A stretch of DNA of 64,000 bases from Halobacteriovoraceae bacterium (lineage in GTDB: Bacteria > Bdellovibrionota > Bacteriovoracia > Bacteriovoracales > Bacteriovoracaceae), in assembly GCA_963719505.1 (NCBI GenBank), contig CAVRCF010000001.1, forward strand, positions 960,001-1,024,000, in the 5' to 3' direction. Below, piece by piece: positions 1 to 9,933 of the stretch; the stretch's first letter is position 1; the number at the start of each line of letters is the position of its first letter. Under the pieces are notes generated by a model, which worked only from the letters and a program-made list of their open reading frames with translations, was not told where the DNA came from and ran no database searches. Both the position numbers and the translations under genes were made by a program.

Positions 1-309
1 TTTTTGAGTTGCTAAATCGATAAAGGGTATGCCAGCAAAAGCTGTGTTGACGAAAAGAGAGTTTGAGATATGAAAGGTAAATATCCTAGGACTCATTGGT
101 TATCAAAAAGAGGAAAAATTTATCGATCAATAGCTTAGACTAGGGCCCTCCCACAAGATAAATAGTAGGTTCATAGCTATTTATTCTTTTCGCTTCGTTC
201 TCCCGAGAAGGTGTTGTAAATACTCAGTTTTAAGCCGGATTAACAAGAATACCAAACCATGTTATCATGTAGAATTGATAGTCATCAAAATGAAAATATT
301 ATTTTGGAC

Positions 310-1308
310 TCATATCATTGTATGCTGCTGAAGTGGAGATTTAATATTTCTCACTTGATCTTTTTTTAGCTTTGGTGGTGTTGTTAGTCTACTCATAAAG
401 GTAAGATAAATTTTTTCAGGTAAATTAAATTTCACCCATGAAAAAACGTTTGCATCGTATGTACCTTTAATTCTTAGAGGTAAAGTAGGTCGGTCAATTA
501 AATTAACAATCTTATCTGCAATAATATCTGGAGTGAATTTAGTTAGCCTTAAGTGGAGGCGAATAAGTTTTTCTAAAAATAGAAAACGTTCATTTTCGAG
601 AGTATCCATATTGTGAGTCTCATTGGGCAATATCATTTTGTCGTATGCATTTGATGCTACCACTCCAGATTCAAATAGAGAAACCTGTATACCATCTTTT
701 TTAAGTTCGTAATAAATAGACTCTACCTCACCATCTAGAGCGTGCTTAGAGGCAGCGTATGCGCCTTTAAAGGGGCATGATACGAATGCTATTGCAGATG
801 AGTGAAAGATTAGCTTTCCTTTCGATTTTTTTAGATGGGGAAGGGCTAGTTTTGTAAGCTCAATTGGCCCAATGTAGTTAACGGCCATTAACAGTTCTCT
901 TGTTTGTCGTGTTATTGAGTGAAATGGTGATCTCGCTGAAATTCCAGCGTTATGAATCAGAGTGTCTATACGTCCAAAGTGATGTATTGCTTTATTTATG
1001 GCATCTTTTCTCTCTTGTTCATTAGAAATATCAAGAGGGAGAATCAATACACTTCCTTCTTTGCTCTTAATGCCTGCTTTTAGAAGAGAGCTTAATGAAC
1101 CTTTTCGCCCTGTTAACACAATCTTATTTCCACTTAAAACTAATTTTTTAGCAATACTTAAGCCTATTCCTGAGGTGGCGCCGGTGAGAAATATAACTTT
1201 TTGGTCATTAAGTCCTTTTTTGACAGTGGCAGATCTATCGCCTGATGTTGTAATTTGAGTCAATAGTGATAAAAGTCTTGATACTTCCGTAAAGTAATTT
1301 CTTTTCAT
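310..1308 (-). CDS. SDR family oxidoreductase
   Basis: TGATSGIG Rossmann motif, HNAG, catalytic YAASK. Confidence 0.9.
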   Translation of the reverse strand: MKRNYFTEVSRLLSLLTQITTSGDRSATVKKGLNDQKVIFLTGATSGIGLSIAKKLVLSGNKIVLTGRKGSLSSLLKAGIKSKEGSVLILPLDISNEQERKDAINKAIHHFGRIDTLIHNAGISARSPFHSITRQTRELLMAVNYIGPIELTKLALPHLKKSKGKLIFHSSAIAFVSCPFKGAYAASKHALDGEVESIYYELKKDGIQVSLFESGVVASNAYDKMILPNETHNMDTLENERFLFLEKLIRLHLRLTKFTPDIIADKIVNLIDRPTLPLRIKGTYDANVFSWVKFNLPEKIYLTFMSRLTTPPKLKKDQVRNIKSPLQQHTMI

Positions 1309-1440
1309 GTGATCCCTCTCTGAGCCTATTTAGATTTCTTAAGCTTTATTTTATGCAAGGTCTTATTAGAAAGTGGAAAAAGATTGTGACTCCTTGAATA
1401 CTGCGTTGTTTTGAATGGTAATTTAAGATAAAATAAAAAA

Positions 1441-1467
1441 TAAAGAAAAAATTTATATTACCGATAG
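1441..1467 (+). promoter_or_regulatory. putative sigma28 (FliA)-type promoter
   Basis: TAAA-N15-ACCGATAG, 6 nt before ATG 1474. Confidence 0.55.
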
Positions 1468-1473
1468 GAAATT

Positions 1474-1929
1474 ATGAAAAGCTTCAAGAGGGTTGTTTTA
1501 TTTACTTTTTTCATTAGTTTCAATACTCTTTCTCAGACTCACACTACTGGTGGGACGGGACCTGATCCTACTGTGACTAATGCTGAGACAGATCGTATTT
1601 GTTTCTTATTTGATCAAAAAGTAGACAAGATTGAAGATAAGCTCTTGGGAAAAACCTTGGTTTGGAGCGAGAGAAAAGTCGCTATTGTTAGATACATTGA
1701 CGAAGCTGTAGTTAGGGCTCGGGTTAACAGAACCCAAGGCTCTCTTAAGGTTGATGGGGATTTTTCTAGTCCTTGTCAGTGTGATAATGTAGCGGACTTA
1801 CACTCTCAGCTATTAGGCCTTTATACCCAGTTGAAAGACTGTCCAGCTCAAAAAAATCGATATCAATTCATTCAAAAGAACAATTTGATCAAGAAGTTAT
1901 TTGAAATAACAAGGGAATTGAGTTTGTGA
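1474..1929 (+). CDS. secreted hypothetical protein
   Basis: Sec-like N-terminus (MKSFKRVVLFTFFISFNTLSQ), 4 Cys, 4-nt overlap with next ORF. Confidence 0.7.
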   Translation: MKSFKRVVLFTFFISFNTLSQTHTTGGTGPDPTVTNAETDRICFLFDQKVDKIEDKLLGKTLVWSERKVAIVRYIDEAVVRARVNRTQGSLKVDGDFSSPCQCDNVADLHSQLLGLYTQLKDCPAQKNRYQFIQKNNLIKKLFEITRELSL

Positions 1930-3104
1930 AGGAAAGTCGTGAAACGAGATTTTTATCTGTTTTTAACTTAGCAAGATCAAACTATGCACAGTTCAAGACG
2001 AGAATCACTAAAAAGGATCTCTCTCAAGTAGAAAAAAAACTTCTAACGGCTTATCTACTCTATACAAAAAAAAATAAAACAGAATGCCTAGATCTTCTTA
2101 AGTCTACCTCCACTGACTCTAATTATTTCTTTGAAGGTGTTCGCCTTTATTTTATAGGGTTAGCCTTGAATCATTTTGGTACCTATCGTTTTGCGATGGA
2201 GCATCTCTTGCAGTCTGTTTCGACTTTAGAACAAGTGGGTAATAGGGACTTTATTATTAACCCTCTAGCCCTAATTATTGTTACTTTGGCAAATCAAAAA
2301 AAGAGGAAAGAGCTTTTGATTTATAACGCCATTTTAGAAAATCAACAACCTTATGATGATTACACCACTATCATGAAATACCATGCTCAGTCTGTTGCCT
2401 ATTTAGAACTAGGGGAATTACAAAGAGCGGAGCAGCTAGCTCTAAGTGGCTTAGAAGGGAAGAAAAAGGCATCAAAGTATTTTGGGTCAGGTTTTTTATT
2501 AGTTCTTTTCTCTATCTATATAAAGCAAAAGAAGTTTTCAAAATGTTGGCTAATCTTAGACCAGTATAAAGCCTCAAGAGGTTTTATGGTAAAAGAGAAC
2601 TACAAGTATATGAAGATCCTTTTGGGATTTATCAGTAAAAGTGCTCCTCTGTATGTTTATGCAAATGACTTTAAAGAGATTCCAGAGCTTTTAGATCAAC
2701 TTGAGGTTATTAAGTTTCTCTCTGTTGGAAATATTAAGGGTGCTGAAGATTCTTGGAAAAGGCTCTCGATGAATAATAAAAGCCTTTATAAAAAGAATTT
2801 TACCTACAATGGAGAAGTAAGTCTGTTTTCTCTGTCACTCGATAAATTAATGAACGATAAAAAGTTAAGTTTTGAATTATCAGATGTCGAAACTGATGGT
2901 AAAAAGCCAATTGAGATTATCCATGAAGTTATTGTCATTCATAATGTTACGATCTCTAAGAATGATCTAGTCTCTCTCATTTGGGGAGAAGATCCCGATG
3001 AAAAAAATCTAGCTCGCCTTAGAAAAATAATTTCCCGTTATAATAGTAAGAGAGGAGAAAGAGAGATCATATCTTTTCAAGATACCTACAAGAAAGCGAG
3101 CTAA
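1926..3104 (+). CDS. helical-repeat (TPR-like) protein with C-terminal winged-helix-like segment; putative regulator
   Basis: Helical repeats; C-terminal ISKNDLVSLIWGE...RLRKIISRYN resembles OmpR-type wHTH. Confidence 0.55.
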   Translation: MKESRETRFLSVFNLARSNYAQFKTRITKKDLSQVEKKLLTAYLLYTKKNKTECLDLLKSTSTDSNYFFEGVRLYFIGLALNHFGTYRFAMEHLLQSVSTLEQVGNRDFIINPLALIIVTLANQKKRKELLIYNAILENQQPYDDYTTIMKYHAQSVAYLELGELQRAEQLALSGLEGKKKASKYFGSGFLLVLFSIYIKQKKFSKCWLILDQYKASRGFMVKENYKYMKILLGFISKSAPLYVYANDFKEIPELLDQLEVIKFLSVGNIKGAEDSWKRLSMNNKSLYKKNFTYNGEVSLFSLSLDKLMNDKKLSFELSDVETDGKKPIEIIHEVIVIHNVTISKNDLVSLIWGEDPDEKNLARLRKIISRYNSKRGEREIISFQDTYKKAS

Positions 3105-3274
3105 GCTTTTCTTTAGCAGCATCGAGCAAAGTTAAAGGTAATGACTGCCTCTTTAGTAGGTAGAGTCGGTTCCCAGATAGGCAAGAAACTCCACAAATTC
3201 TTTAGAAAACTTTATATTTTTAGAACTCGAGTCTTTTTGTCGATAGAGAGGAGTAGTAAAGAATAGGGATTTTT

Positions 3275-4261
3275 ATGTTTAAAATTGTGATATTCATTCT
3301 TTCATTATCAGCTTTAAGCCAAAGTTTGCCTAAACCTCAATGTGTTCCCTTTAAAAAAGAGAAAATTAATGATCTTTTTGGAAGGGATAAAGTTTCATTT
3401 CTAGAGTTTATGAAAGTTATGAGCTCAAGAAAAATGAAATTGAAAGCCGGCAGAAGCTTGGACTCAATTATTCAACAAGATCAATACTCCTATGGAAGCC
3501 AAAAACAAGCCTTAAAACTGTATAAGATGGCCAACGGCTTAAGAAAAAATAAATATAAAAATGAACAGACAATTGTTCTTCCTTTTTGTTTTGATGAAAC
3601 TTTTAGAGAGTTAGCATCTGTTGGAAATATTGAAACCAGTATAAAAGAGGAAACTAGACGAAAAATAGAAAAGTTTTCGTTAAACGTTTCAGCTCAATAC
3701 GGTAATCTAGATGTTGAGAGCAATGATGGTGACATCTCCATGCAATTTTTGAAAGCCTCTTTAGGAGCTAACTATAATATCAATAGCGACTATTTTCTAA
3801 CTTCAATTGTCTCAGCCGTTCAGTTCCGAAATATCGAACACACTGAAACAGATAGAACTGTAGAGGCTTCAGACCTTTTTCCTGAGGTTGGTATTAGTGG
3901 CTTTAGAAGACTCGATAGATTTAATGTTGGTGTTGGATATGATTTTCTCCAATACTTTGTAAGAGATACAAGTATTTCTGGAGTAAGCCTGAGTCCATCT
4001 TCAACTCATAGGGTGTCTGGAAAACTCTCATACTCTTTTAGCTCAAGCCTATTGGCTTTCGCAAACTTAGGATATTTAAAAAGTTTTGAAGAGAATAATA
4101 TTTCGGGAATTGATTCATCTTTGGGTGTTAACTATTCATTTGGAAATAATAAAAAGTATTCAATCGCGCCAATTTACTATAGAGGATCAGTGGAAAGAGA
4201 TTCAAGTTCTGATGCTGACTCTTCTAGCGTTCTCGCAGTGAAGCTTGGATATCGGTTCTAG
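3275..4261 (+). CDS. putative outer-membrane beta-barrel protein
   Basis: Signal peptide, alternating amphipathic strands, C-terminal VKLGYRF beta-signal. Confidence 0.7.
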   Translation: MFKIVIFILSLSALSQSLPKPQCVPFKKEKINDLFGRDKVSFLEFMKVMSSRKMKLKAGRSLDSIIQQDQYSYGSQKQALKLYKMANGLRKNKYKNEQTIVLPFCFDETFRELASVGNIETSIKEETRRKIEKFSLNVSAQYGNLDVESNDGDISMQFLKASLGANYNINSDYFLTSIVSAVQFRNIEHTETDRTVEASDLFPEVGISGFRRLDRFNVGVGYDFLQYFVRDTSISGVSLSPSSTHRVSGKLSYSFSSSLLAFANLGYLKSFEENNISGIDSSLGVNYSFGNNKKYSIAPIYYRGSVERDSSSDADSSSVLAVKLGYRF

Positions 4262-4863
4262 TTAACCTGATGTGTTCTTGTTTCCATAACTTTATCATTC
4301 ATGACTTTTAAAATGCGTAAGAGTTCCTCTCCTGAACTTTTTTCATTGAGCCCAATTAGAGCATAAGCTATTGCCTCTATAGTACAGACTCCCTCGTCAA
4401 ATTTCTGCTTTCTAAGCTCGTAGATGCTTTTGAACTTACCGCTCAGTTTTAAGTGAGGAATACCTTTCAGGGCCTGTTCTCTTTTATGAAACTTTTTTGT
4501 TTGTCGCCAAGTAGCATCTGGAACGATGAGGTTAAGGGGCTTCGTTTGTTTCGATAAAAAATCATCGTCTAGAACTTGGGCATCAGCAGATGGATAAAGA
4601 TAGTAAGGAGAATACTTTCCATCTAGGCTGTAGTCTTCAGTTATTGGTTCGTCTTTTAGTCCGCGGATAGTATAAGATGAATTCGAAAGGGCTAGGTTGG
4701 CAATCTTTCCCGTGTTTGATGTTAAAAAGTACTCTTTGATATGAAAAATAAGAGAGACGCGATTAAGCGTCTCTATTTTTGTAAGTGAATCGCAAAAGCA
4801 CATGGCCATATTAATTGAGCACCTTGGGCATCGGCGCTCAATTGTCTCTCTTCTTTTACTCAT
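4258..4863 (-). CDS. DTW-domain tRNA-uridine aminocarboxypropyltransferase (TapT-like)
   Basis: N-terminal RCPRC...CFC, SNTG, DATW, YELRK, CTIEA. Confidence 0.85.
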   Translation of the reverse strand: MSKRRETIERRCPRCSINMAMCFCDSLTKIETLNRVSLIFHIKEYFLTSNTGKIANLALSNSSYTIRGLKDEPITEDYSLDGKYSPYYLYPSADAQVLDDDFLSKQTKPLNLIVPDATWRQTKKFHKREQALKGIPHLKLSGKFKSIYELRKQKFDEGVCTIEAIAYALIGLNEKSSGEELLRILKVMNDKVMETRTHQVN

Positions 4864-4865
4864 TT

Positions 4866-5837
4866 CTATTTAAAGAATTTTAAAAATTCACTATCAATCG
4901 AAAGAATCATTTTGGAGTCTGGCTTGATCGCTTTCTTGTACGCTTCCATTGATTGGATGAAGTCGTAGAACTGAGGATCTTGCTTTAAAGACTGGGCGTA
5001 TATAGCAGCGGACTTAGCTTCTGCCTGTCCTTTGATTGTCTGTGCTTTTCTATAGGCTTCTGACTCAATTCTTTGAAGGTCTTTTGTGAGCCTTCCTTCT
5101 ATAACTGCTTTTTCACCTTTACCAATTGATCTAATCTTTTGGGCAATTCTCTCTCTCTCCGAAATCATTCTTTCGTAAACTTTCTTCTCTACACTTTTTT
5201 CGTAAGAAATTCTTCTAAGTTGAACGTCGATAAGATTAATCCCGAGAGCGTTACATTCATCTTGAGCTTTTTCAACAATAAGTTGAGAGAGTTTTTCTCT
5301 TCCCACTTGAATTTCGTCAATTTCACCAGCAATTTCTTCTTCTAAAATAGCTTCGCCTTTATCTTTACGGCTTTTGATTGAGTCCTTTCTGTCTTGAAGA
5401 TTTTTAACAATATCGTTGGAGTTTCTTACGGCTTCAACGAGATTGTGGTTGGAGATAATGTCACGGGTATGGCCGTCGAGAATAGTATCCAGTCTCGCTT
5501 TTGCACCTTGTTCATTTTGCACCGTTTGAATAAATTTTAGAGCATCAACAATCCTCCATCTAGCGGTTGTATCTACTTTTATATACTTTTTATCTTTTGT
5601 TGGAATCTGATTCGGTTCCCCGTCCCAAGAAAGAATTCTTTTGTCTACATATCGAACATCTTGTGTGATCGGATTTTTAAAAAACATTCCAGCCTCAGTC
5701 TTTGGATCACCAACGGGCTTTCCAAATTGGGTGACTATAGCTTGCTGTCCCTCTGTCAGAATGAAAAAAGATCGAGAGAAGCCGATAACGGCAATAAAGA
5801 GAACGATTATTAGGACTGTTTGTTTCGCTTGGCTCAT
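4866..5837 (-). CDS. hflC: FtsH protease modulator HflC
   Basis: SPFH domain, VYERMISER, DPQFYDFIQSMEAY; follows hflK. Confidence 0.93.
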   Translation of the reverse strand: MSQAKQTVLIIVLFIAVIGFSRSFFILTEGQQAIVTQFGKPVGDPKTEAGMFFKNPITQDVRYVDKRILSWDGEPNQIPTKDKKYIKVDTTARWRIVDALKFIQTVQNEQGAKARLDTILDGHTRDIISNHNLVEAVRNSNDIVKNLQDRKDSIKSRKDKGEAILEEEIAGEIDEIQVGREKLSQLIVEKAQDECNALGINLIDVQLRRISYEKSVEKKVYERMISERERIAQKIRSIGKGEKAVIEGRLTKDLQRIESEAYRKAQTIKGQAEAKSAAIYAQSLKQDPQFYDFIQSMEAYKKAIKPDSKMILSIDSEFLKFFK

Positions 5838-6859
5838 TTCGCTACTCCTTGAGGTGATGAGTAGATTGGTAGGAGACCTTTCACTTTTGGGTCTATAATA
5901 GTTATGTTATCCAGTTTTGAATAAAGCTCTTCCATTGTCTGTAAGAAAATTCGTTTACGAGTGATAGATGGGGCTTTTCTGTATTCTTTGTAAAAAGCTG
6001 TAAATCTTACGGCGTCACCGTAGGCGCGGTTTATTTTTGCTTCAGCAAAACCCTCTGCCTCAGCTATAAGTTTGTCCGCTTTCCCTCTCGCCTCTGGAAT
6101 GATCTTGTTATAAGACTCCTCCGCTTGGTTAACCATTTTTTCTTGATCTTGCTTTGCAGAGTTTACTTCATTAAAAGAATCTTGAACAAGTTTAGGGGGG
6201 TTAACATCTTGAAGCTTTATACTTCTAATATTAACTCCAAGGTCGTACTTATCAAGGACATCTTGCATTAGTACTTTTGCTGTTGAGGCAATCTCTACTC
6301 TTCCAGTCGTAAGAACGTCAGTGACAAGCTTGTCTCCAACGACACGCCTAATGATAGACTCTGAAACATCACGAATATTTCTTATCGGCTCGCTTGTTTG
6401 GAATAAATATTTAAAGGGATCTGATATCTGATACTGAACAACCCATTGCACTTCTGCAACATTTAGGTCACCTGTGAGCATAAGAGATTCATTTTCAAAG
6501 TTTCCTGAAGAGTATGTGGTTCTTCTCGTGGCGGTGTTTGATGTTCTAAATCCAAACTCTTCTTGATGAACAATCTTAGTTTTTACTTTTATCACTTTCT
6601 CAACTCCAAAAGGGAGCTTGAAGTGAAGACCTGGTTGGGAGGTTTTAATATAGCGCCCAAATCTTATAAGAACAGCTTCTTCGTCAGGCTCAACAGTATA
6701 GTAGGAGGTCCAACCCACAATGATGACCAAAAGAACAAGGAAAAGGCTTGAGAATGTACCTTTAAACTTTTTTAAAGTTGCTTTTAGTTGTTGCAGTTCG
6801 TAATTAATATCAGGCTGTTGCTGATTAAAACTCATAAAATCTCCTCGTTTAAGGGTCAC
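5834..6859 (-). CDS. hflK: FtsH protease modulator HflK (start probably ATG 6835)
   Basis: PGLHFKLPFG, MLTGDLN, IIPEARG, EYRKAPSITRKRIFLQTMEE. Confidence 0.93.
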   Translation of the reverse strand: MTLKRGDFMSFNQQQPDINYELQQLKATLKKFKGTFSSLFLVLLVIIVGWTSYYTVEPDEEAVLIRFGRYIKTSQPGLHFKLPFGVEKVIKVKTKIVHQEEFGFRTSNTATRRTTYSSGNFENESLMLTGDLNVAEVQWVVQYQISDPFKYLFQTSEPIRNIRDVSESIIRRVVGDKLVTDVLTTGRVEIASTAKVLMQDVLDKYDLGVNIRSIKLQDVNPPKLVQDSFNEVNSAKQDQEKMVNQAEESYNKIIPEARGKADKLIAEAEGFAEAKINRAYGDAVRFTAFYKEYRKAPSITRKRIFLQTMEELYSKLDNITIIDPKVKGLLPIYSSPQGVAK

Positions 6860-6954
6860 TCTATCGAGTATTTCTCGTTATAAAAAGGATAATCAAATAG
6901 TATTCAACATATTATTAACTTTGTGTTAGATATAAAGAAATTTGCATTGCTTTT

Positions 6955-7440
6955 GTGCATCGCTCGAGGGAAACGTTTATGTTCACAGACCACCTTAAGG
7001 TCGGCAATTTTTATTTAGAGTTTAGAGCAAGTGATAGTGGCTTAAAAAGTGTGAGTCTTAAAGAAGAACTTGAATTAAGAAAACCTAATTCAATTACAGA
7101 TAACTTCAAAATCGAGTTATCAGAATATTTTTCTGGAAGGCAAAAAGAATTTAAGACCCCTGTTGATATTGAAGGAACAACATTCCAAAAACAGGTCTGG
7201 CAAAGTTTAAGAGATATCCCTTATGGTGAAACAAAATCATATAAGGAAATCGCCCTAAGGGTTGGGGGAGAGAACTACGCCAGAGCCGTGGGGATGGCCA
7301 ATAACAAAAACCCTTTGCCGATCATCATTCCCTGTCATCGAGTGGTTGGAAGTAATGGAAGTCTCGTGGGTTATGCCCTAGGGCTCGAATTAAAGCGTAA
7401 GCTTATTGAATTAGAAAGCAGCAAAAGGATCGGCCAGTGA
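6955..7440 (+). CDS. ogt: methylated-DNA-protein-cysteine S-methyltransferase
   Basis: GTTFQKQVW, IPYGETKSY, ARAVG, active-site PCHR. Confidence 0.93.
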   Translation: MHRSRETFMFTDHLKVGNFYLEFRASDSGLKSVSLKEELELRKPNSITDNFKIELSEYFSGRQKEFKTPVDIEGTTFQKQVWQSLRDIPYGETKSYKEIALRVGGENYARAVGMANNKNPLPIIIPCHRVVGSNGSLVGYALGLELKRKLIELESSKRIGQ

Positions 7441-7835
7441 ATTACCGTTTAGATAAATACATAAAATTGAAATTTTTAAAGATTTCTGAAGATCTCGTGA
7501 AAAATCCCGGAGGGCTTAAAGTTCGCTTGAGTAAAGCCAAAGAGAAAATGAACAAAGAAAGTGTGAAGGATGCACTTGGCTCATACGTAGATGATCTAAA
7601 ACTTTTTATGAGAATGATCTCTTGTTGGATAACGAGAAAATATACTAATATTTCTAATGAAGCTCTCGTTTATACAGTGTTGGCCATTATATACTTTGTG
7701 ACGCCAACAGACTTTGTTCCTGATTTTATATTAGGTTTAGGTTTCGTTGACGATATTACAGTGATTGCTTGGGTGATGGAAAAAATAAAAACAGATATAG
7801 AGGAGTTTAAAAAATGGGAATCAGAAGTTCATTAA
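7437..7835 (+). CDS. YkvA / DUF1232 family membrane protein
   Basis: YFVTPTDFVPDFILGLGFVDD signature. Confidence 0.88.
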   Translation: MNYRLDKYIKLKFLKISEDLVKNPGGLKVRLSKAKEKMNKESVKDALGSYVDDLKLFMRMISCWITRKYTNISNEALVYTVLAIIYFVTPTDFVPDFILGLGFVDDITVIAWVMEKIKTDIEEFKKWESEVH

Positions 7836-8410
7836 TTATTTTAAGTACAGCAGCGCTTTTCGTTTCATGTGCAACAGCTAATTTATCATTAGATCAAAAA
7901 GAGTTTAAGCCATTCAAAGAGTATGAAGCCAAGACTGAATTTCCAAGCGGTAGTAATGTTCTGGATGTGAAAGTCATCGATGGTAGAGAGTCGAAGCAAT
8001 TTTTAGGGATGGGGAAAACGGGAGCGAGCTATACAGATACGCCACTATCAACTCCACAAGGAGCCTCCGCTTTTATTACAAATTACTTTTCAGAAAACTT
8101 AAAAGCCAGAGGGTTAAATTTGTCAGATGAATCAAACGTAGAGCTTGAGGTTATCGTAAACAAGCTTTGGGTCGATGAGCTTATCGTTAAGTACAAAGGA
8201 GAAAGAGCGAAGTGCCATGTCGAGTTTGAAGTGTATGGAAAAAAAGATCTTGAGACTTTTAAAGGTTCTTATTGGACTAAAATAACTTCTGGTGGAGACT
8301 TAAGTGATGGAACAGATTTACTTTCTCCAACGCTTGCATCTTGTTTGAATGACTCCATCGAAAAAATTGTTAACGACCAAAAGCTGGTTGATTTTATTAG
8401 TACTAAATAA
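7814..8410 (+). CDS. lipoprotein, YajG-like
   Basis: Lipobox FVSC; VKVIDGR motif. Confidence 0.6.
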   Translation: MGIRSSLIILSTAALFVSCATANLSLDQKEFKPFKEYEAKTEFPSGSNVLDVKVIDGRESKQFLGMGKTGASYTDTPLSTPQGASAFITNYFSENLKARGLNLSDESNVELEVIVNKLWVDELIVKYKGERAKCHVEFEVYGKKDLETFKGSYWTKITSGGDLSDGTDLLSPTLASCLNDSIEKIVNDQKLVDFISTK

Positions 8411-8433
8411 GAATAAAGAGAAAGGAATAAAAG

Positions 8434-9063
8434 ATGAGTGATTTGATTGAAAGTTTAAAGTGGCGCTATGCCTGTAAAGAGTTTGATAAAACAAAAAAGA
8501 TTCCGAAAGACCAACTCGACAATATATTAGAAGGCCTTGTTCTAACAGCGAGCTCTTATGGCGCTCAACCTTGGGAGTTTGTTGTTGTTAAGAATGAACA
8601 GCTTAGGGAAAAGCTTGTCGGAGCTTGTTATAATCAAGCGCAAGTTAAAGATGCCTCTGATCTTATTGTTATGTGTCGCCCAAAAGTTATCGATGAAGCT
8701 TTCTTAGATGGCTATATAGCAAATATCTGTCAAGTTAGAGATCAACAGCCAAGTGAACTGGCTGGCTTAAAGGGCATGATCATGCACACAATTAATAAAA
8801 CTGAAGATCAGAAAGCTCACTGGGCAAAAAACCAGATTTATATTGCTCTTGGAAACCTTTTAACTCTTTGCGCCTCCATGAAAATTGACTCTTGTCCAAT
8901 GGAAGGTTTCGTTCCATCAAAGGTTGATGAGATTTTAGGTTTGGAGCAGATGGGACTCAAATCAGTTGTTATCTGTCCAATTGGATATCGAGCAGACAGC
9001 GATAAGTATTCTGGCCTCAAGAAGGTTCGTCAAAGTCTCGATAAAGTTGTTAAAATTATCTAG
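8434..9063 (+). CDS. NAD(P)H-dependent nitroreductase (NfsB-like)
   Basis: WRYACKEFD, ASSYGAQPWEF, NQAQV, DSCPMEGF. Confidence 0.92.
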   Translation: MSDLIESLKWRYACKEFDKTKKIPKDQLDNILEGLVLTASSYGAQPWEFVVVKNEQLREKLVGACYNQAQVKDASDLIVMCRPKVIDEAFLDGYIANICQVRDQQPSELAGLKGMIMHTINKTEDQKAHWAKNQIYIALGNLLTLCASMKIDSCPMEGFVPSKVDEILGLEQMGLKSVVICPIGYRADSDKYSGLKKVRQSLDKVVKII

Positions 9064-9096
9064 GAGTTCCGAAGCCTCCTAACAAAAACTTAACAG

Positions 9097-9141
9097 GTCT
9101 TCTCCAGCTCGATAGTTTACTATTGATCTATCGGAGGAGAC
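9097..9141 (+). promoter_or_regulatory. hairpin that would occlude the RBS of the 9145 ORF
   Basis: GTCTTCTCC (9097-9105) complements GGAGGAGAC (9133-9141); inner GATAG/CTATC stem. Confidence 0.4.
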
Positions 9142-9144
9142 TTT

Positions 9145-9933
9145 ATGAAGATTGAAGTTGATATTGTTAAGTACCCAGGAAAAACTCTTTCCCCACAAAA
9201 GCTAAAAGAATTTGTTCAAGACCTCAGAAAAGTCGCATCCACGTGTTTTACACAGATACCTGACTACCAGATTCTCTCCGGAAATAAAGACGATTGTGAC
9301 CGTGCTATAGTCTCTGTAGCAAGAAATAAAAAAGGAGAAATCCTGGGCTTTTGTTCCGCTTTAATCCTCCCATTAAGCGATAAGGAAAATTTCTTTCACA
9401 CAGGTTTAACATGCGTAAAGCCAAGTGCCAGAGGCCTCAAGCTTACTCACAAATTAACGAGTAAGGTTCTCATCTCCTACATCTTAAGAGAGTCATTCTT
9501 CAAGAAGATCTGGGTTTCAAACTGTGCATGTGTTATTTCAAGTATTGGCAATATTGCTAAGCACTTCGACGAAGTTTATCCCTCTCCATATTTCAATGAT
9601 GTACCGACTGCCAAGCATAAAGCTATCGCGACAAAGATTTCTCAGTGTTATAGAGAGCAAATTGCTATCAACGATAGTGCCGTTTACAATCCCCAATCTT
9701 TTGTCTTTGAAGGGTCTGTAAACAACTCAGAATTCCAAAAAGAAGCATCGGATACTCGCTTTCATCATAGGGATGAGAGACTGACTGAATACTACAAATC
9801 TCTTCTTAATTTTGATCGAGGTGATGAAATTATTCAGGTGGCTAGTTGTAGCCTATTAACATTTCCTCGCTACTTTATGGGAAAATTAAAATTCAAAAAG
9901 AAAAAGAAACCTCTAAGGATTATTCATGCTTGA
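9145..9933 (+). CDS. GNAT-fold hypothetical protein (putative N-acyltransferase)
   Basis: HTGLTCVKPSARGLKLTHKL resembles GNAT motif A; strong RBS. Confidence 0.55.
   Translation: MKIEVDIVKYPGKTLSPQKLKEFVQDLRKVASTCFTQIPDYQILSGNKDDCDRAIVSVARNKKGEILGFCSALILPLSDKENFFHTGLTCVKPSARGLKLTHKLTSKVLISYILRESFFKKIWVSNCACVISSIGNIAKHFDEVYPSPYFNDVPTAKHKAIATKISQCYREQIAINDSAVYNPQSFVFEGSVNNSEFQKEASDTRFHHRDERLTEYYKSLLNFDRGDEIIQVASCSLLTFPRYFMGKLKFKKKKKPLRIIHA

Noticed and set aside
1-96. Possible minus-strand ORF start (MSPRIFTFHIS...) running off the left edge
   Set aside because: Only 32 codons visible, with no RBS or motif
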